From: an uncultured delta proteobacterium
GTDB lineage: Bacteria > Myxococcota > Kuafuiibacteriia > Kuafuiibacteriales > Kuafuiibacteriaceae
Assembly (NCBI GenBank): GCA_963803435.1
Contig: CAWDML010000001.1
Span: forward strand, 192,001-256,000
Direction of reading: 5' to 3'
DNA length: 64,000 bases
In this document: one piece after another, positions 60,367 to 64,000 of the stretch
Position numbering within the stretch: the first letter of the stretch is position 1
Layout: each line of letters begins with the position of its first letter
Notes under the pieces: generated by a model
Told to the model about the DNA's origin: nothing
Seen by the model: the letters and a program-made list of their open reading frames with translations, nothing else
Databases searched by the model: none
Position numbers and translations under genes: made by a program

Positions 60367-61169
60367 GGGACCTGAAACTTCCCCGGCACGGTCGCGCCCG
60401 GCTCGCGGGTCACCGCGAAGACCGCCGCTCCAGCGCCGGCAGCGACGACGGCGCCGGCTGCGACCCAGACCCACCACTGGCCGTACCAGCGTTCGGGCGC
60501 CTCGAAGCGGAGGCCAATCTCCCGGGGCCGCCGCTCCGATCCCCACAGGAGGACCTCGTCATCCTTGGCGTCGTAGGCGATGGCGTAGATCTCCACCGAC
60601 TCCGTCTGCTCGGCGCTGGGCGCCGCCGGCGGCAGCTCGATGCGGGCGACCCGGCCCTCCGGCGGGAGGTCGAGCCGTTGCTCCTGCCAATCGGCATGCC
60701 CTTGGTGCGGAAGCGGACGCAGGCCTTCTTCAGGAAGTGATGGGGATCGGCGACCACCTCGACGGCGATCGGAATGGGATCCTGCACGGTGGAGATCCCG
60801 CGACCAGGAGAGATCGATCGCCGGGGTGGGCCGCGCGTTGGCGGTGGCGCGGGCCTGCTCGAAGAGGAACGTGACCTTCGGCGAGAGCGTGTAGCTGATG
60901 GCGGCGTTGGGCTCGAGGGCGAGCATGACGTCGAAGGCGTGCTTCGCCTCCTCGCCGCGCTCGAGATAGGCATAGGCGATGCCGAGCTGCTCGTAGAGGC
61001 GCACGTGGTCCTCATGGGTATACGGTCCCTCCTCCTCCTTGGCCCGGGTCAAGAGGTCGACCGCGTCGTCGGGGCGGAAGTCGGCCAAGGCTTGCGAGGC
61101 CTTGTCCAAGCTCGGGTGCGGCGCCGAGGCGATCGCGAGTAGGAGGAGGACCTCCACGGTCGCAATCAT
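60363..61169 (-). CDS. Exported TPR protein with C-terminal membrane anchor; compensating frameshifts at ~60792 and ~60700
   Basis: LYEQLGIAYAYL, SPKV, WYGQWWVW anchor; the middle segment reads best in the alternate frame (VQDPIPIAVEVVADP). Confidence 0.65.
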   Translation of the reverse strand: MIATVEVLLLLAIASAPHPSLDKASQALADFRPDDAVDLLTRAKEEEGPYTHEDHVRLYEQLGIAYAYLERGEEAKHAFDVMLALEPNAAISYTLSPKVTFLFEQARATANARPTPAIDLSWSRDLHRAGSHSDRRRGGRRSPSLPEEGLRPLPHQGHADWQEQRLDLPPEGRVARIELPPAAPSAEQTESVEIYAIAYDAKDDEVLLWGSERRPREIGLRFEAPERWYGQWWVWVAAGAVVAAGAGAAVFAVTREPGATVPGKFQVP

Positions 61170-61693
61170 ACTACTCCCTCGGGTAGATCCGGAGGAACGT
61201 CAATCGGGCGCCCGCGGAGGACGTGAACCCAGAAGACCAGGAGCGAGAGCGCGCCCCACGACAGACCCACCACCACGCCCGCGTCCACGATCCCGCGCCA
61301 CGGTTGGTCGAGCGCGCGGACGACGAGCACGAGCCCGGTGACGCCGAGCAGCACCGACCAGGAGACGAGCGCGCGCTTCCGCGTCGCGTGGAACAGTCCC
61401 ATGCAGTGCATCGGCGCGAGGAGGACGTGAAGCGGGCGCGGATCGGCGGCGACCGCGAGACCTCTCGCCACCGCCCGGGGAGAGAAGGCTTTGTGAAAGG
61501 CACGATAGCCCTCGTAGTAGCCGAGCCCGGCGACCGAGGCCGCGAGGGCGATCCAGTGGACCGCGTCGAGGTCCATGCGGAGCGCCTCGATCGCGATCGG
61601 GATCAGACGGACCACGGCGGTCAGCAGGAAGAGGGCGAGGCCGCCGATCCCCCAGATCATGCCGATCCATCCGGCGAGTCCAAAGCGCGGCAT
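61166..61693 (-). CDS. Integral membrane hypothetical protein
   Basis: Four TM segments; EGYRAFHKAFSPR, MGLFHAT, PWRGIVDAGVV. Confidence 0.7.
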   Translation of the reverse strand: MPRFGLAGWIGMIWGIGGLALFLLTAVVRLIPIAIEALRMDLDAVHWIALAASVAGLGYYEGYRAFHKAFSPRAVARGLAVAADPRPLHVLLAPMHCMGLFHATRKRALVSWSVLLGVTGLVLVVRALDQPWRGIVDAGVVVGLSWGALSLLVFWVHVLRGRPIDVPPDLPEGVV

Positions 61694-62121
61694 CGGTGCC
61701 CGGACAGTAGAGGAGCGCGAGCGGGGCGTCGAGCGATCCTGGCGGGGGCCGGGCCGGATCCGCGGCCCCCGCGAGCGGCGGGAAACAGCCCCAGATCCGC
61801 CCTTTTCGGCCCTTTGGCGCGGCGCGCGACCGGCCGAGCGCCGTGCACCGATCCGGCGCGATCCCGATCCGCATCCACGTCGCGCCGGAGACCGCGCCCG
61901 CGCGATCCGAGGGCGCGGCGGATCGATCGCGCCGCGGATCCGCGCGCGGGTGGCGTGGAGTCGGCCCGGTTTCCACGCGTGGACGCGCGCGAACGATCGC
62001 ACGGACGCACAGGCGCAGATCGTCACGAAACGGTCGATTCGAATACGAAGGAGCCGTTTCTCAGGATTGTGGCGATCGCCTCGAAACCCAGCTTGCACGC
62101 GTCGTTTCGCGACTACCCCCG

Positions 62122-62150
62122 TTGACGCTCACGCAGAGGCTCTATAGGCT
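62122..62150 (+). promoter_or_regulatory. Sigma70-type promoter
   Basis: TTGACG-N17-TAGGCT, followed by GGAGG RBS at 62171-62175. Confidence 0.6.
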
Positions 62151-62179
62151 GCGCCCGACTCAGCAGGGTCGGAGGATTA

Positions 62180-63463
62180 GTGGGAATGGAGTCGATCCGA
62201 ATCACCGGCATCATTCCGGCGAGCCCGGACCGGGTCTACCAGGCCTGGTTGGACAGTGACGAACACGCGAAGTTCACGGGGAGCACGGCGGAGGTCGACC
62301 CTGAGGTCGGCGGGCTGCACTCGGCCTACGACGGCTATATCAGCGGCAAGATCCTCGAGCTGGATCCGAGCAGTCGGATCGTGCAGTCCTGGCGCACACA
62401 GCAGTTCAAAGACGGGGATCCGGATTCGCGCCTGGAGGTGGTGCTGGAGGGCCGGGAGGACGGCTCTACGAGTATCACCTTCAACCACACCGGCATCCCG
62501 GACGGCCAGGGCTCCATGTACGAGCAGGGCTGGCTGGACCACTACCTGACCAAGATGCGGGCCTACTTCGGGGAGACGCAAGCCGTTCCCGACGACCAGG
62601 ACGAGCCGGTGCCGATCTCCATGATGGAGGCGCCGCGCCGCAAGCTGGATCCCGAGTCGCGCAAGCGCCTGGCCGCAGAGGAGAAGGAGCGGAAGCGCCT
62701 CGAGAAAGAGGCTGAGAAGCAGAAGAAGCTCGAGGCCAAGGAGGCGGAGCGCCAGAAGAAGCTCGAGGCCAAGGAGGCGGAGCGCCAGAAGAAGCTCGAG
62801 GAGAAGGAGCAGAAGCGCCTCGCCGCCGAGAAGAAGAAGGAAGACGAGCGGGCGAAGCGCGAGCGCGACAAGGAGAAGAAGCGTCTCGCCGCGGAGAAGA
62901 AGCGCCAGGCCGCCGAGGACAAGAAGGCCCGGGAGCGCGAGAAGAAGGAAAAGGCCGCGGAGAAGAAGCGTCTCGCCGCCGAGAAGAAGAAGGAAGCGGC
63001 GCAGAAGAAGAAGGACGCCGAGCGACAGAAGCGCGAGCAGGCCGCCGAGAAGAAGCGGGCCGCCGCAGCGAAGAAGAAGGCCGCCGCCGACAAGAAGCGC
63101 GAGCAGGAACGGATCCGGAAGGAGAAGGACCGCGAGCGGAAGCGCATCGCCGCAGCGAAGGCGAAGGCGGCCGCGGAGAAGAAGCGCGCGCAGGAGAAGA
63201 AGCGGAAGGACGCCCAGAAGAAGGCCGGCCCCGCCAAGAAGGCGGGTCAGAAGACCGGGGCCAAGAAGGCCGGAAAGAAGACCGGCGCCAAGAAGGCCGC
63301 CAAGAAGCCCGGCGCGAAAAAGGCCAAGAAGGCCGGCGCCAAGAAGGCGACCAAGAAGGTCGCCAAGAAGGCCCGTCCCAAGAAGGCCGGCCGAAAGACC
63401 GCGCCACAGGCCAAAGCCGCCAAGAAGGCGGCGGTCAAGACCGCCTCCAAGAAGACCAAGTAG
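62180..63463 (+). CDS. SRPBCC/AHA1-like domain + charged coiled coil + histone-H1-like Lys/Ala tail
   Basis: VYQAWLD, IVQSWR, QGWLDHY; K/E/R-rich middle; AKK/GAKKA-rich C-terminus. Confidence 0.8.
   Translation: MGMESIRITGIIPASPDRVYQAWLDSDEHAKFTGSTAEVDPEVGGLHSAYDGYISGKILELDPSSRIVQSWRTQQFKDGDPDSRLEVVLEGREDGSTSITFNHTGIPDGQGSMYEQGWLDHYLTKMRAYFGETQAVPDDQDEPVPISMMEAPRRKLDPESRKRLAAEEKERKRLEKEAEKQKKLEAKEAERQKKLEAKEAERQKKLEEKEQKRLAAEKKKEDERAKRERDKEKKRLAAEKKRQAAEDKKAREREKKEKAAEKKRLAAEKKKEAAQKKKDAERQKREQAAEKKRAAAAKKKAAADKKREQERIRKEKDRERKRIAAAKAKAAAEKKRAQEKKRKDAQKKAGPAKKAGQKTGAKKAGKKTGAKKAAKKPGAKKAKKAGAKKATKKVAKKARPKKAGRKTAPQAKAAKKAAVKTASKKTK
62720..62801 (+). repeat. In-frame 33-bp tandem repeat (QKKLEAKEAER x2.5)
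   Basis: cagaagaagctcgaggccaaggaggcggagcgc at 62720 and 62753, partial copy at 62786. Confidence 0.85.
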
Positions 63464-63468
63464 AGGGG

Positions 63469-64000
63469 TTGAGTCTGGCGCAGGTTCCAGACACCCGGGT
63501 CTCGACGCTCGAGATGGGCGCGATCCGGCTCGAGCTCGAGCAAGTGGCGGAGCTGGGCGTCCTGGCCCGCTCGAGCCTGGTCGAGAAGACCGATCCCTAC
63601 TGGGCCTATCTGTGGCCCAGCGCCCGCGCGCTGGCCCAGGTCGTGGCCCGCCTCCCCGACCTCGAAGGACGGCGCGTGATCGATCTCGGCTGCGGGCTCG
63701 GTGCGGTCGGGCTCACGGCGGCCAAGCGGGGTGCGCACGTGGTCCTGGCGGACATCCGCGAGGAGGCGCTGGAGCTGGTCCACCGCAACGCCGCCCGAAA
63801 CGGGCTGGAGGTCGAGACCCGACAGCTGGACTTCTCCGATCCGCCCGGCGACCTGGGGACGTTCGACTCCATCCTGGCCGCCGACGTCCTCTACGCCGAC
63901 GGCATGCTGCGATCGGTCATCCGGTTCATTCGGCGCCACCTGGCGCCGGACGGGCTGGCGATGCTGACCGATCCGATGCGGATCGCCGAGGGCGGCGTCG
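63469..64000 (+). CDS. Methyltransf_16/METTL21-like protein methyltransferase (3'-truncated by the window edge)
   Basis: TTG start 5 bp after the upstream stop; PYWAYLWPSA, IDLGCGLG, ILAADVLY. Confidence 0.8.
   Translation, partial: MSLAQVPDTRVSTLEMGAIRLELEQVAELGVLARSSLVEKTDPYWAYLWPSARALAQVVARLPDLEGRRVIDLGCGLGAVGLTAAKRGAHVVLADIREEALELVHRNAARNGLEVETRQLDFSDPPGDLGTFDSILAADVLYADGMLRSVIRFIRRHLAPDGLAMLTDPMRIAEGGV

Noticed and set aside
1-64000. HIP1-like over-representation of CGATCG
   Set aside because: It looks frequent but may be explained by GCG-ATC-G and C-GAT-CG codon usage; a Markov-model count that I cannot run is needed
1-64000. tRNA, rRNA, IS, integrase or prophage genes
   Set aside because: None recognised in the intergenic spaces or ORFs

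Overview
A high-GC, gene-dense window that looks myxobacterial (Ser/Thr kinases with PEGA/AAA domains, TPR and FG-GAP lipoproteins, sterol genes); the taxonomy is inferred, not shown. I found no rRNA, tRNA, CRISPR array or transposase. (1) 4.2-19.0 kb is a cluster of two convergent operons: PEP-mutase-like enzyme, SerA-like dehydrogenase, divergent PGK paralogue, B12 radical SAM, nucleotidyltransferase, TMK-like kinase, methyltransferase, P450, VOC protein and a PLP enzyme. It is best read as an undescribed phosphonate pathway of the phosphonolactate type, with effector-like genes embedded in it. (2) Sterol genes: CYP51, C14-reductase and a 2Fe-2S ferredoxin at 19.8-22.6 kb; EXPERA/EBP and a 3beta-HSD-like SDR at 38.9-40.3 kb. 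(3) Two small helical proteins, each directly upstream of a large enzyme with an N-terminal extension and no signal peptide (possible chaperone-effector pairs), plus a ~2070-aa Sel1/new-repeat/ABC1 kinase. (4) A glucan-degradation block with GH15-like, GH3 and a eukaryote-type GH162-like beta-1,2-glucanase; a 72-bp hairpin element sits in frame in two genes of this block. (5) Ordinary genes at 41-64 kb, ending in an SRPBCC-histone-H1-like protein next to a lysine-methyltransferase-like gene. About 11 frameshifts split genes; seven fall at GATC sites read as GATTC/GAATC, suggesting long-read errors at a modified GATC motif. All calls come from motif recognition by eye; no database search was run.
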